A program made the position numbers and the translations under genes. The notes under the pieces were generated by a model. It did not search any database and was not told the origin of the DNA. It saw only the letters and a list, made by a program, of their open reading frames with translations. From Schmidtea nova (Eukaryota): a stretch of 64,000 bases of DNA. The stretch covers positions 213,032,001-213,096,000 of the forward strand of contig CM097883.1 of assembly GCA_044892505.1 (NCBI GenBank), in the 5' to 3' direction. Within the stretch, counting starts at the first letter, position 1. Every line of letters starts with the position of its first letter. Shown here piece after piece: positions 22,170-35,124 of this stretch.

Positions 22170-23217
22170 CTTTGATCTTTTTTTATTATTATTATCAATA
22201 ATTCTCATAATGCTGACTATAGATCAAAAAATTTTTTTTATAAACAATAACACAATATTTCGGCACAGCCTTTATCAAGTGTGTATTTCAATCGTTATAT
22301 TAAATTATTCCTAAATAGTTACCATAATTATTTTTTTTATATTTTATAATGAATTTATTGGATGAAAAAAATTTATTTTAATTTTTTTGTGCGAATTGAT
22401 TGTTGATGGACGGTTTGTTTTTTTATGTAAAGTCTCGGAAGCTAATCTTTGTAATGAATTTTTGAATCCCTCTTGTAGAATCTGGCATTTTGTTTCTTCT
22501 ATAGATGGAGTTGTTTTATGTACTTTCTCCCAGTGTTCGTAATAATTACTGGTTTTGTTTTTAGTGTGTTCATTAAGTCTGGTGCGAAAAGTTCTATGTG
22601 TTTCTCCAATGTAAGTAGCGTCACATTTTTGACAAGAAAGTTTATATACTATATTTTTGGAAAAGCAAAAGCATCGGGTTGTGGAACGGCAAATACATTT
22701 ATGTTTGGAGATGTTGGAAATTGGTGGCTTTCGAAGTTGTGATTTTAACGATGCGGAGGTTATGAACGTTGGACGGATGTGGATAGGCAAATCTGTTTGA
22801 TTAAAAATGTTGGTGATTTTGTTGGCTGTAGTGTCATTTAGGAAAGGTAATCTTAGATATGTTGTGTGATTGTTATTGTTATTGTGTTTCTGGCGTTTCC
22901 TATTGTTGCGTTTATTGTGGTATGGTTCGTTAAGGAAGTATTTCTTTACAAATTTTTCAGGGTATCCATTTTGGAGGAATCGTAAGATTAGCTTCCGAGA
23001 CTTTTTACATAAAAAAATATAACCGTCCATCAACATTCAATTCGCACAAAAAAATTAAAATAAATTTTTTTTATCCAATAAATTCATTATAAAATATAAA
23101 AAAATAATTAAGGTTACTATTTAGGATTAAGTTAATATAACGATTGAAATACACACTTGATAAAGGCTGTGCCGAAATATTGTGGTATTATTTATAAAAA
23201 AAAATTTTTGATCTATA
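22170..23217 (-). mobile_element. 5'-truncated Penelope-like element (RT thumb + GIY-YIG) with an inverted pLTR at its 5' end; hammerheads at 22250-22284 (-) and 23151-23184 (+)
   Basis: FLQNGYP, YLRLPF, IVYKLSCQKCDATYIGETHRTFRTRLNEH; 22983-23217 is the reverse complement of the element's own 3' end. Confidence 0.88.
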
Positions 23218-24176
23218 TTTTTAATTAAAAATATTCTTTCGTAACTGTAAGTGAAGTATTTTGTCCTTAAATTTTAATGTTGGAAACATTATTGAAATAA
23301 TAGAAATTTATTTGAAATTTGGTAGAAAAACAACAATGTTAATAATTGAAATTTGCCTTTATCAGGATATTTGAGAATAAAATACGAAAATACATTGACC
23401 GTTTGCTTTGAAATTTTAATAACAAATTGATAAATGGTTAAATTTTGAACACGAATTTATTCTGTGGAAAATTAATTTAAAAATTTCTAAATAATTTCTA
23501 AAATTAAAAATTAATTAAAAATTTTATTTAAAAATTAATAATATTATTTGGTGCTCTGATTAGTTTTTGATGGAATATAGAGTCTGTGAGTAAATCTTTT
23601 CTTCTAAGAATTCTCTAAATGTCTTCCTTCCTGTTTGATTTCTTTAAATTTCGTTTTTTATCAATAAATATAAAAACGTAATTTTTATAATTTTTTTATA
23701 TTTGGTTATAAACAGTAATTTTTTGTTGTTAACAATGTCCATTCTAGTTATCCATTCTAGCAATCATATCTTTAGAATTTAGGAAAGGTTTGTCGATTCA
23801 TAATCTGTCCTTTGTCGGTACAAATTGTATTTTTTAACGAAAACTGTAAATGTATTAATATTTTTGCGAATAAAATTTTTAAATCCTTTTATTTATAAAC
23901 TACATAAAATTTCTTTTTTCTAATCAAATATTTTGATTAATTTTATATTATTCAATTAACTGAAATGTGATTATAAAAATTGATGTTTTACTAATAGAAT
24001 AATTCGAATAACTTGGTTTTATTATACAGGTTTGATTCAATAATTTCATTGCAACAGAGTTTTACTACTATCAGAATCAAAGTATTTTATAATGCATCAC
24101 TTTTTTAATTTGTTTGAATAATCTAAATTCTAAGTAAAAGTCCCGGAAGAAAGGTTAGTAATTAGGACGTCTAAAT

Positions 24177-24600
24177 TCAATTATTATTATTGTTCGCGAT
24201 ATATTTCGTTCGCAAATGAGAAATCACTACAGTTCCATGATGCCATAAATGCAAATCAGCCATTGGACGTCGTTTAGAAGCACATGGGATAATACTAGAG
24301 TTGATTTCTCCGTGAGATAACTTGCCAGCATTATTTTCACTCAATCCATCATCATCCGTATAACCGATAACTCTATTTGTTTCAGCAGCATGATCAATGC
24401 TCCAAGTTATATACAAAAATAACTGCACTGTGATCCCGTGTTTTAGATTGCCCCAATTTAACTTATCAATGGCATAATCAAGTTCACGTTGAGTAATGCT
24501 TGAATTTATCCTTTTCTGTTTAATAAAAACATTGGAATCTTTCAGATTTCCAACTTGAACGATTAATAAGAAAGGCATAAATTCAGTATTTCGTTCTTTA
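24177..24600 (-). pseudogene. Possible deleted non-LTR retrotransposon RT fragment
   Basis: ITQRELDYAIDKLNWG resembles RT region 0 and VIGYTDD resembles the YADD motif; weak similarity. Confidence 0.35.
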
Positions 24601-25393
24601 ATTTCAGCAATTTTTATTCCTAAATCATTTTTAACTTTTTGAGATGTCTTTTCCGGATAGAATTTTAACTTCAGTCATGAAAGTAATTAATCAGCTACGG
24701 TTATTTCAAAATAAATTGAAAATTGAATTTTTAATGTTGAAAAATATTTTTTTATTAACTGACAAAATTAAAAAACCACAAGTTTTCAAATCACAGCTTC
24801 ACACTAAGCAAAATTTTGAATAAAAAATAAAAAATTTCAATCAAAAGTGACTAGATCAAACAACGAGATATCAAACCATTAATGCCAGAATTTAAAATCA
24901 ATTCTAGAATAATATTGCGCACACAGACGCGACCAAAATAACAAGAGCGCACACACGCTTCGATAGATAGTAACCTATCTATCTGAGCTANNNNNNNNNN
25001 NNNNNNNNNNNNNNNNNNNNNNNNNNNNNNNNNNNNNNNNNNNNNNNNNNNNNNNNNNNNNNNNNNNNNNNNNNNNNNNNNNNNNNNNNNNNNNNNNNNN
25101 NNNNNNNNNNNNNNNNNNNNNNNNNNNNNNNNNNNNNNNNNNNNNNNNNNNNNNNNNNNNNNNNNNNNNNNNNNNNNNNTTCCTTAGTACCAGCAATTAG
25201 TATTAAATTAACTAATATTTAACAAAATAAGCCTTTGCTGCAAAATACGTTTTATTAATAGAAAATTTTCATTTATAAAATAATCCTCATCCATCTTAAT
25301 TCGAAATATAACTGGTATCTTCATCCAATTTCTGCTGATTCTTTCTTGTAATTTATTATCTTTTTCATTGGATGTAAATCTGATTAATATAAA

Positions 25394-28300
25394 TTTTAAA
25401 ATCTTTTTTTTAAGTAAAAATGTTTTTTTAAATATAAAATAAACCTTCTAAAATTTAAAATTTTTCGAAATAAATAGAAATCTTCTACTTTTTTTAAAAA
25501 GGCCTTCGAGATTTCAAATAAAAAAACATTTGTTTTAAATTTTTATCCTTCGAAAATTTATATTTTTTCCCTTTTATTCTCTGTATTCTAAATGCTAATT
25601 TTCTAACCCTTTATATTTGAATTTTAAAATTAATTAATTTATATATCTCTATGAAATACCTATATATTTTCTGTACTGTCTCTTTTTTGCACCCCTTTTT
25701 CCCTTTGTCTCATTCTTCTTTGTAGGAAAACATGTTTTTAACAAGGTAGTAAGTGGGTGATTTCGCTAACTTCCTCTTTAGAGTTAAACCTTTTGTGTTT
25801 GTCTCTAATGAGAAAAGCTTCTTTCAGTCTGAGATTTTTTATACTCTTTAAACGCTTGAGCCAGGCTCAAACCTTGGATTTACGGAATCAAGCTGGAATC
25901 AATGAAAAGATGACAAAGTTATACAGCCAAATAGACTTCCTATGTCGTTGTAAAGAATCCAACGACTATTGACAACATTCATCTATCACTAATACTAAAT
26001 CAAAATAAAAACAACAAGCTTAACAAAATCATAAATCACCTCTAATCAGAAGCCTGTGCGCAGAGGTTCACCGAGAAACAAAACAGGAAACTGTCATAAA
26101 AGCATGTACACATAATCATCTAAGAGACTTAGTATACTAAGTACAAAGGCACATGTTCGTTACAGCGAAGACACATCATTTTCTGATACTAGAAAGTAGA
26201 TTCATCAACATCTTAAGAAACAATTAAATGAAAACAGGCCCCAATATGTACATACATAAATCAGACGAAAATATTTCTATTATTAATGATAAATGTGAAT
26301 TACTAACCAATTTTACAAATAGTCTAACCAACAATGACAAAATGTTGCTATCATTTGGTCAAAAATCAGTTTAAACAGCAAAATTACTGATGAAATAATA
26401 TTTGATTGCAAAGCTGCTTTAGGTCGTATGACAGACCAAATCAAATCGTATGATAACATATCTGAGATTGACAACCAGGATAAGTTCTCTGTCTACACAA
26501 ACACGGATAGACTGTACACTCCCTATCCTAATACGGAACTAGATTCAACTCAATAAAAAGTTTGCATCAAAATTGTATGTATTATAGAAAAACAGAAAAT
26601 GAAACCATACGACTCAAACTTGTTGACTTATGAGCAAGCTACTTTAAAATCCCTAAAACTAAAACAAAGCATCTACCTATCAAGCGAAAAAGGAGGCAAA
26701 TTTTGCGTAATCGAGAAAAATCGTTGTTGTGAAGCAGCCTACGGACATCTAAACTAAGTGCATGTTAGCAATCACCATTGAATGAAAGATTAACAAAGTA
26801 TTCAAAAGAATCGGCAAAAAACGAGGTATCAAAGAAAGAGGCTTCATAACAAAAGACTCATACTTTCCAAAATTTTACTGTTTAATTAAAACCCACAAAG
26901 AAGGTACCACGATTAAAATTAGACCGATTGTATCCAATACAAATAGTTCAGCAACCAAAGTAAGTTGGCTTCTCTCCAAAATTACAAAACCACTGATGTG
27001 CCAAGTACCGCACCATCTTCAAAGGAGTGACAGTCTTATGTCAAACTTAAATAAAACAGATAAAACCATTCATGCAAAATTCAATTATCTCTTTAGTCTG
27101 GATGTGGTATCCCTATACACCTCTATCCACCCTAAAGATGCTATAGAAAGTATACCAACAAGTAAGAGGCCTGCCAATGGGCTCTAGTGTATCAGCCATA
27201 CTAGCGATTATATTCATGGATTATCTCGAACAACAAACACTGATAACCATAAACACTATTGGTATATACGCAAGATATGTAGATAATATCTTTATCATGA
27301 CAAATAGCAAAAAGGAAGCGGAAGAAATATTTTGTATTTTCAATGCGGCATAAAATGACATAAAATTTGAGATTGAATACCCGAAAGAGGATTGACCCCT
27401 CGAACTATTAGATCTGAGAATAAAAATCAACTCAGACACACCAGCATATGGGTTCTACAGAAAGTCAGCCAGCACTTCCTCATCAGCAGAAGGTAAACGT
27501 CATTAGAAATGAGAGATAAAGGATAGCTAATCGATGCACAAAGGAAGAGGACAATTTAGCACAGCAAACATTATTTACTGATGTCCTGCATTTTGATGGA
27601 TACTAAAATAGTAACAATATTAACAAAATAAAATTCAACTCGATAAGGCAGAACAATCTACAAAATGAAAAAAATATTTCTACTTTCGAATTCCTTTCAT
27701 CAGTGACCGAATCAATTTTATGATCATCAAATACCTAATTCACACTGGTCTTCCGATTCGTTTGGCACATAGATCTCAGACATTGAGGCAAGCTCTAGCT
27801 AACAACACGAGAAAGGAAAATACATGTAAGATGGAAAACTGCCAAACACCAAAGAAAATATGTTTCCGCAAGAACATAGTTTATAGCATCATGTGTAATA
27901 AATTCGAAGAAATAGGAAGCACCCTTCAGACTTTGCATCAGAGAATTAAAAAAACATCTTGATCTTTGTGGAAATTCATCGGTATATAGACATCTTCAAC
28001 AATGTCTGACAGAAAATAAAATAAAATGGTATCAGTGAGAATATTGACAAGCGAAAACGACGAAAGAAATCTCAGACTGAAAGAAGATATTATCATCAGA
28101 GACAAACACACAAAATTTACCTCTAAAGAGAAAGTTTGCGAAATCACCCACTTATTATCTTGTTTAAAAAAATATGTTGTCCTACAAAGAAGAAAGGGAA
28201 AAAAGGAAAAGAAGGAATAAAAGAGAAAGTACAGAAAATATATGGGCATTTCAAAGAGACATATAATTAAATTAATTTTAAAATTCAAATATAAAGGGTT

Positions 28301-28520
28301 AGAAAATTTAAATACAAAATACAGACAATAAAAGGGAAAAATCGAAATTTTAGAAAGGATAAAATTTTCTTTAATTTAATTTTTGATTTGAAATCAAGAA
28401 GACCTTTTTAAAAAAAGTAGAAGACTTATATTTATTTTGAAAAAATTTAAATTTTACAGTGTTTACTTAATATTTAGAATTTTTAACAGAAAATTCTTTA
28501 ATTAAAAAAAGATTTTAAAA
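25394..28520 (+). mobile_element. Near full-length degenerate Penelope-like element bracketed by ~470-bp inverted repeats
   Basis: IDFLCRCK (N-terminus), FPKFYCLIKTHK..IRPIVS, FSLDVVSLYTSI, YARYVDNIF, FEIEYP..LDL, IVYSIMC..IGSTLQTLHQRI; 25394-25860 is the reverse complement of 28060-28520. Confidence 0.88.
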
Positions 28521-29339
28521 GGTATAATTCTTACAGATTTTAAATATTAATATTCTTAAGATTTATTTTATGAATTAAATTTTTCATTTTTCTAATTTAA
28601 AAATATGTCAATGAATTGTAACAATATGTTATGAAGGCAGCTTGATCCGTATCCTTTATATGTGCTGAGGTTTGTCATCTTCAGTATTTCTTAAATGGCT
28701 GGGTCGACTTGATCAAAAAAATATTTAATTTTTAGTTTGGAAATAAATGAAAATAAATAAAGTCCGAAAAAATATATATTTATTTTGAGAAAAAAATAAA
28801 TGATTTTACAGATTAAAACATCACAATAATTTTAAAACATTTCCTGATACAAAAATGCGACTTATAACTATTGACAACAGTGAAATAAATTTAAATTTAC
28901 GATTTTGTAAACCAAATTCCATTAAAAAAGTAAATATTTGTATTTTTAATACAGAAGTTTATCTTTCCAATATAAATGATAAAAAATTTATTTTCCAAAA
29001 TTAACTTTTACCATAGAGATGAAGTAAAAAAATCTCAATCTGACATTGTTTGTTGGAAGATGACTTTGAATAAATAAAATGTTTATTAATTAAATAATTG
29101 TTTGTAATTATTAACTATTTTGCTTATTAATTAATTAATTTATTATTGATTTAATATCTGCACAAATTATTATAGTATTTGAGATAAACAAATAAACATT
29201 GTCTAGTCAATACAGTTTTTTTTATAAATTTTCCAATATAAAAATATACGTGACAATATCAAAAGATTCCCATTTAGAAACAAGATAAGATTTTTAGAAA
29301 TTTATTTGACATGGCCTTACTAAGTAGGTCTTAAGATAA

Positions 29340-29520
29340 TATTACTCTTTGACGTATAATTGTCATTATCCTCGACCTACTTTAGCTGCGTATTTGCTTC
29401 CTTTCAATTCATTGGTGTCAGTCATAAACTTACCTTTTTGATGGTTTTTGAGATGGCCAAACAAGAGTTAGTCGCTTGGAACCAAATTCAAACTGTATGG
29501 CAGAAAAGGAGCTTTACAAA
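29340..29520 (-). pseudogene. Old mariner transposase C-terminal fragment
   Basis: PYSLNLVPSD*LLFGHLKNHQKGK matches the YSPDLAPSD motif region. Confidence 0.65.
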
Positions 29521-29899
29521 GTCACTTTCCTGAATTTTTTGCCATTGCTATAGCACATTTGTGAATGGAGACGTTTTTTATGCAAAAGAAACAATATTTG
29601 TCTACGGGGATTTCGTCTCTTCCATCTTGCTACTTCAAATGCCATCATTGCAATGCTTTCGTTCAGTTTCACACTTTCGTCAGCAAACTATTTTTGAATT
29701 ATACTGTGAGGAAAATTAAATATAAATAATTTTAATTTCGAGATTAAAGTGGATTTTAAAAACTATAATATAAATAGATAATAAATTATAAATTAACATA
29801 ATAAATTAAATATAAATATTGAAATTATTAATTGGCTTGACTGTAAATTTCAAATTTAAGATTGATTGAAAATTGAAAATATAAAATATTTATCGAAAG

Positions 29900-30135
29900 C
29901 TTGTGCATGAATATTCCATATTCGATTGTCAACTCATGCTTGCTAGAATATCCCTAAATGTAAAAAGAATTGTTACGGAATGTTTAAAAAATAAGCCATA
30001 TCATTTCAACAATCAAGAAATACAAATAAATGACAGACCAAAGTTCAAATGTCATAAAGAGGGTCATAAAGAGCTGAATGTGAAATGTTATCATTGTCTT
30101 AAGACAGTTCATTTCAAGCACTAGTGCTTTCAGTT
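29900..30135 (+). pseudogene. Possible piggyBac-like C-terminal cysteine-rich domain fragment
   Basis: RPKFKCHKEGHKELNVKCYHCLKTVHFKH*C spacing resembles the piggyBac CRD. Confidence 0.35.
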
Positions 30136-30325
30136 AGAAGACAATTTCAGAGAAAATGAACAAGAAAACGGTAATGGAAAAAAATAATACGAAATATAAA
30201 GTGTCTAAAGCCTATTTAAAAAGGGGGAAATTGGAATAATTAAATCAAAATGCATTTAATTTTTGGATAAAAATTAATTTAAAAACTATAACAAAATGAA
30301 ATAACAAAATTATAAACTAATATAA

Positions 30326-31335
30326 GGTTGAGGATACCTAAATAACAAATTCATGAATAAATAAATAAAACTACCTGGGGGAAAATGGTCATGACGAAGG
30401 AGATGATTAAAGGAACACGGAAAAGAAAACAGAAATTAAAAAATGAGAAAGAGGAATCAGACAAAAGAAATCAGACAAGAAAACAAAAAACAAAGTTCAG
30501 CACTAATTAATTAGTACAAAAGGAAAATGAATTTCAAAATAGTGAAAAACAGAAACAGAAACAATGTACTTATCTCAACAGCTTGTTAGAGATAACATAA
30601 ACAAAAAGAAAACAGGCCTCAGCGGCAAAAAGAAAAAGCAGAGAATATCTTGACCGCTGTCAGAGATAGCTCTGCTGCAGAAAAAGTCTGTAATTAAATG
30701 TGAAATGAGAGATAAACTTGAGTGTCACAAAGTGACGAGGTATAAAAGGAGATAGCGCAGCAGAAGCAAACAGAACATTCTGGACAGAACATTTTAAAGA
30801 CAGAATATTTGCGGGAGAATATTTGTGACAGTGGATTGCAGTCAGAAGAAAACAGAAGATAATACGACTATATATATATTTGGAGAAATCGAAGAAATTT
30901 GAAGCAAAAGAACTTAAAGAGAGAAATTTAAAAGAAGAGTTAAAAGGAGAATCTGAAAAGAGAATTCAGAAATAAAGGCGCAAGCACAAGGAGCTTATTA
31001 ATTAATAACCGAGTAAAGTTCGGCGCGTAAATTCAAGTCAAACACAGGAAAAAAACAGTTAAATTACCAATCGTTATATTCTTCAATGGTGAGTGATGTT
31101 TCAAACCAAGATTATACGCGATTGCTATTCTTCACCATAGTGTTGTACTAACACTGTTTAATCAGTTGTTGAATTGTTGAATTTCGGTCACTTCAGTGTA
31201 AATTGAAAATATTTGTGATATTCAATAAAGTTTCCAGTATTAATTGTTATTTGTGGGTCAATTAAAAGCACGCCTTGGAGTCAGATATTTGATTGGTAAC
31301 TTTTACCATTTTACCAACAACCCAATAACCCAACA
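30326..31335 (+). mobile_element. Solo LTR (Gypsy-type), 4-bp TSD ATAA
   Basis: (G)GTTG...CAACA ends with ATAA on both sides; homologous end-to-end with 52360-53381. Strand not established. Confidence 0.8.
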
Positions 31336-33589
31336 ATAATAAATTGAATTTAAATATTAAAGTTATTAATTGGTCTGATTTTAATTTTAATAAAAAAGCC
31401 ACAAAATCGAGGTTCAAGATAAAATGTCAAGAGGACAAATATTAACTTTAAGTGAAGAATGGCAAAAATAATATAAAAACTAAGCAGATCTTCTTAATTG
31501 GAAGGGGGAGTAAAATTTATTTATAAATATCTGAATGCTTGTAAAATGCTAATGATATTATTCAATTTATTATTTAGATCTTATTAAAGTTCTACAAAGA
31601 TATTAGGAAGAAATTAATTTGTTTGAATAACATAATTTAAATTATCTAAAACGTAATATTAAATTAAATCTTCAACCAAATGATAACAAAAAAATGACTA
31701 TATAATAAATATTTTATTTTTGTTTTAAGAAATAAAAGTTATTATAATTATTCATTATGTCATTATTCTTATTCTGATACAATAATTATAGTAGTATTAT
31801 TTTTCATAAAGTTAATTAATTAATTAATTTGATAAATAATGATATTTTAAATTTGATATAATTATTAAAAACAATTCTTAGAAATTCTCTGGTAGCTCTT
31901 AGTAAATTAATTTCAAATTGAATTATTTCATTAAAACAAAAGCAAAGCCTAAACATTATTTTCTAGTAATGGAAATTTTATATGAATAATGTATTTATTT
32001 TCTTTCAGAAATTGATTACATTCATTATTTACTTGGTTCTGTTTTACTATATAAATAATTTTCAATTTTTGTGTTTAGTTAAATTTCGAAATCGTAAATA
32101 AATTATTGGAAAACGATTTATTTTTATATTTGTTAATCTTGATGAATGAAAAACTAATTTTTCTATCCTTTTCTATTAATTGACAGATTTAAACTCATTA
32201 ATAAATTCTCTAATGTTTTTCTAACAGACTTTTTTTGCCTAAATTTAAGAAAAGAAATTTCCGAAAAATTCGTATAATCATAAATTAAGATGAATTATTT
32301 GTGATAAAGATTTTCAAAAAATAGTTGTTTAAAATTTATTTAAAATTTATTTAAAATTTAAAATTTCTAATGATTGTTTAAATGAATGATATTTTTAAAA
32401 ATATCATTTTTAATTACTCAGTTTGTTTTAAGTGAAAGCACTTTAAAATGAAATATAAAAAGCAAAACAATTCGAGTTATTATTTTATTTTTGAGTATTA
32501 CAACAGCATTGAGAGCTAGCATGTTGATCTTTCTTGTCTTTCATTACTTATGGCACTTTTGGCTTTAGGGGAAATAATTTTAAATATGGAAAATTGATTA
32601 AATATGAAAATGAAAACATTTTAAAAACAAATGTTTTAAAATCTTTTTCATAAATGGAGATTTATATTTATCATTCAGTTCTTTCAAATAGAAATTACTT
32701 AAAAATTGTAAAAAGGTTTTAATTTTATAATGTGGCAACCCATATTTAAAAAAAAACAATTTATGTTTCTTTTCATCTTCTATTTTAATTTGAATATTTC
32801 TTTTATAAAATTTTGAGAAAACTTTGATAAACTTTTTACATAATTTATGTTTTTATTCTGTTTTTCAAATATTAGATCAGAAATTTACTTTTCTTCGATT
32901 CAATAATTCTTTTGCATTGTCTTTAAAATAACACTTGAAAAGGTTACTCCAGAAAACCAATGACAAAAATGGTTGTAACGATTTGAGACAAATCCTATTT
33001 TTTACATTTGCTATATGAATCTCTAATCAGATAAATTGTTATACATTTATATACTACTATCTGTTCATAATGTAAATGTTTCGGTCAAACTTGCAGTCAG
33101 ATAGAAAATTAATTACTCTATCTGAATGCATGTGTGTCTTTACAATCTGGCTGCGTTTGTACATGTTCATTGTGACTTTTTGTGTGTCAATTTCTTTTGG
33201 ATTTACATTGNNNNNNNNNNNNNNNNNNNNNNNNNNNNNNNNNNNNNNNNNNNNNNNNNNNNNNNNNNNNNNNNNNNNNNNNNNNNNNNNNNNNNNNNNN
33301 NNNNNNNNNNNNNNNNNNNNNNNNNNNNNNNNNNNNNNNNNNNNNNNNNNNNNNNNNNNNNNNNNNNNNNNNNNAAGTCACTAACAAAAAACTCACCAAA
33401 TATTATAATTAAAAAGACCAATTTGCCATTTTTAAATATATTTATGGGAAATATATTTCGATGGTATAACCATCATCTTCAGTCTTAAAATTATCGATTA
33501 TTTAAACAAATTATGCGGTCAAATATAAGTAACTACTATACAAATTTAAAGAATGAAAAATAAAATATTTCTCTTCTTTCCCTCTCTTC

Positions 33590-33825
33590 TAATTAAACAC
33601 ACTCAATAGATTTGTTGTCTCACTTTGTAAATTAATCTTAGGATCCAAAGATTTGATATACATAGCTTCACAAACCACTCTTTCCCAGTAACTGGAAAAA
33701 TTTCTATTCATAATTTTAAAATCTTTAACATCGATAATTGTATTTTTACAGATTTTTTTAACATGCTCACAAATATTACTGACACCATTAGGTCTAGAAT
33801 GTTCACGAATGTGAGAACAGAGATG
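33590..33825 (-). mobile_element. PLE GIY-YIG C-terminal fragment
   Basis: HIREHSRPNGVSNICEH..DFKIMNRNFSSYWERVVCEAMYIKSLDPKINLQ; same family as the 20.5 kb fragment. Confidence 0.8.
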
Positions 33826-34515
33826 ANNNNNNNNNNNNNNNNNNNNNNNNNNNNNNNNNNNNNNNNNNNNNNNNNNNNNNNNNNNNNNNNNNNNNNNNNN
33901 NNNNNNNNNNNNNNNNNNNNNNNNNNNNNNNNNNNNNNNNNNNNNNNNNNNNNNNNNNNNNNNNNNNNNNNNNNNNNNNNNNNNNNNNNNNNNNNNNNNN
34001 NNNNNNNNNNNNNNNNNNNNNNNNNNNNNNNNNNNNNNNNNNNNNNNNNNNNNNNNNNNNNNNNNNNNNNNNNNNNNNNNNNNNNNNNNNNNNNNNNNNN
34101 NNNNNNNNNNNNNNNNNNNNNNNNNNNNNNNNNNNNNNNNNNNNNNNNNNNNNNNNNNNNNNNNNNNNNNNNNNNNNNNNNNNNNNNNNNNNNNNNNNNN
34201 NNNNNNNNNNNNNNNNNNNNNNNNNNNNNNNNNNNNNNNNNNNNNNNNNNNNNNNNNNNNNNNNNNNNNNNNNNNNNNNNNNNNNNNNNNNNNNNNNNNN
34301 NNNNNNNNNNNNNNNNNNNNNNNNNNNNNNNNNNNNNNNNNNNNNNNNNNNNNNNNNNNNNNNNNNNNNNNNNNNNNNNNNNNNNNNNNNNNNNNNNNNN
34401 NNNNNNNNNNNNNNNNNNNNNNNNNNNNNNNNNNNNNNNNNNNNNNNNNNNNNNNNNNNNNNNNNNNNNNNNNNNNNNNNNNNNNNNNNNNNNNNNNNNN
34501 NNNNNNNNNNNNNNA

Positions 34516-35124
34516 TATTAGTCAATCCTTTTGGTCGGCAATGCTCAAGAATTAGTGATATTAGTGATCAATTTAGGAAATGTGTCAGTAAAAAAATAGG
34601 TATCTCTGATTTTAAAATTATTTCAAAGGGTTTAAGTAATTATTGGGAACGAGTAACTTGTGAGGCATTGTTGATTAGATATTTTAATCCAAAAATAAAT
34701 AATCAAGTTGCCCGTTCCACTGATATTTTGAATGTGTTTAAGTAACCGAAGGTTGAATGTTGCGAATTATGTTTGTGGTATAATTATGTTTGTTTGTTTT
34801 TTTTGGTAAAAATTTTAATTTTTTTAAAATATTTAAATTTGTAAATTTTATGTTGATTGTTAAAATTTTATTAAATTAAATTTTATTTTATTTTTTAAAA
34901 AAATACGTATGTTGTTCTATGTAAAATGTTTGTTTTTAATTAAATTTTAAAAAATTTTTATGTAATAAAATAAAATAAATTAAATTTTTAAATTAAAATT
35001 TTGATATAGTATGGAGATGATTATTATTGATAAACTTGTTTAAATTTAGCATATTTTCTATTTTATTATTGATTGTCCTGATTGCTGTCTGACGAAGATT
35101 GTTATACAATCGAAATATATCACG
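34516..35124 (+). mobile_element. PLE 3' end with downstream hammerhead
   Basis: DFKIISKGLSNYWERVTCEALLIRYFNPKINNQ...VFK* ends at ~34745; ribozyme ~340 bp downstream on the same strand. Confidence 0.8.
35086..35124 (+). ncRNA. Minimal type I hammerhead ribozyme
   Basis: TGT-CTGACGA-A-GATTG-TTATA-CAATC-GAAA-TATA-TC-ACG: intact core, 5-bp stem II, palindromic stem III, AUC triplet. Confidence 0.8.

Noticed and set aside
21655-22530. A biological perfect palindrome of PLE ends
   Set aside because: The near-identical mirror centred exactly on an N-gap is more likely a scaffolding duplication; long reads are needed.
33060-33110. Hammerhead on the minus strand (CTGACTGCAAGTTTGACCGAAAC)
   Set aside because: The core box and stem II are too degraded to support the call.
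33750-33825. Host exon after a TTTTACAG acceptor
   Set aside because: The opposite strand encodes a clear PLE GIY-YIG fragment.
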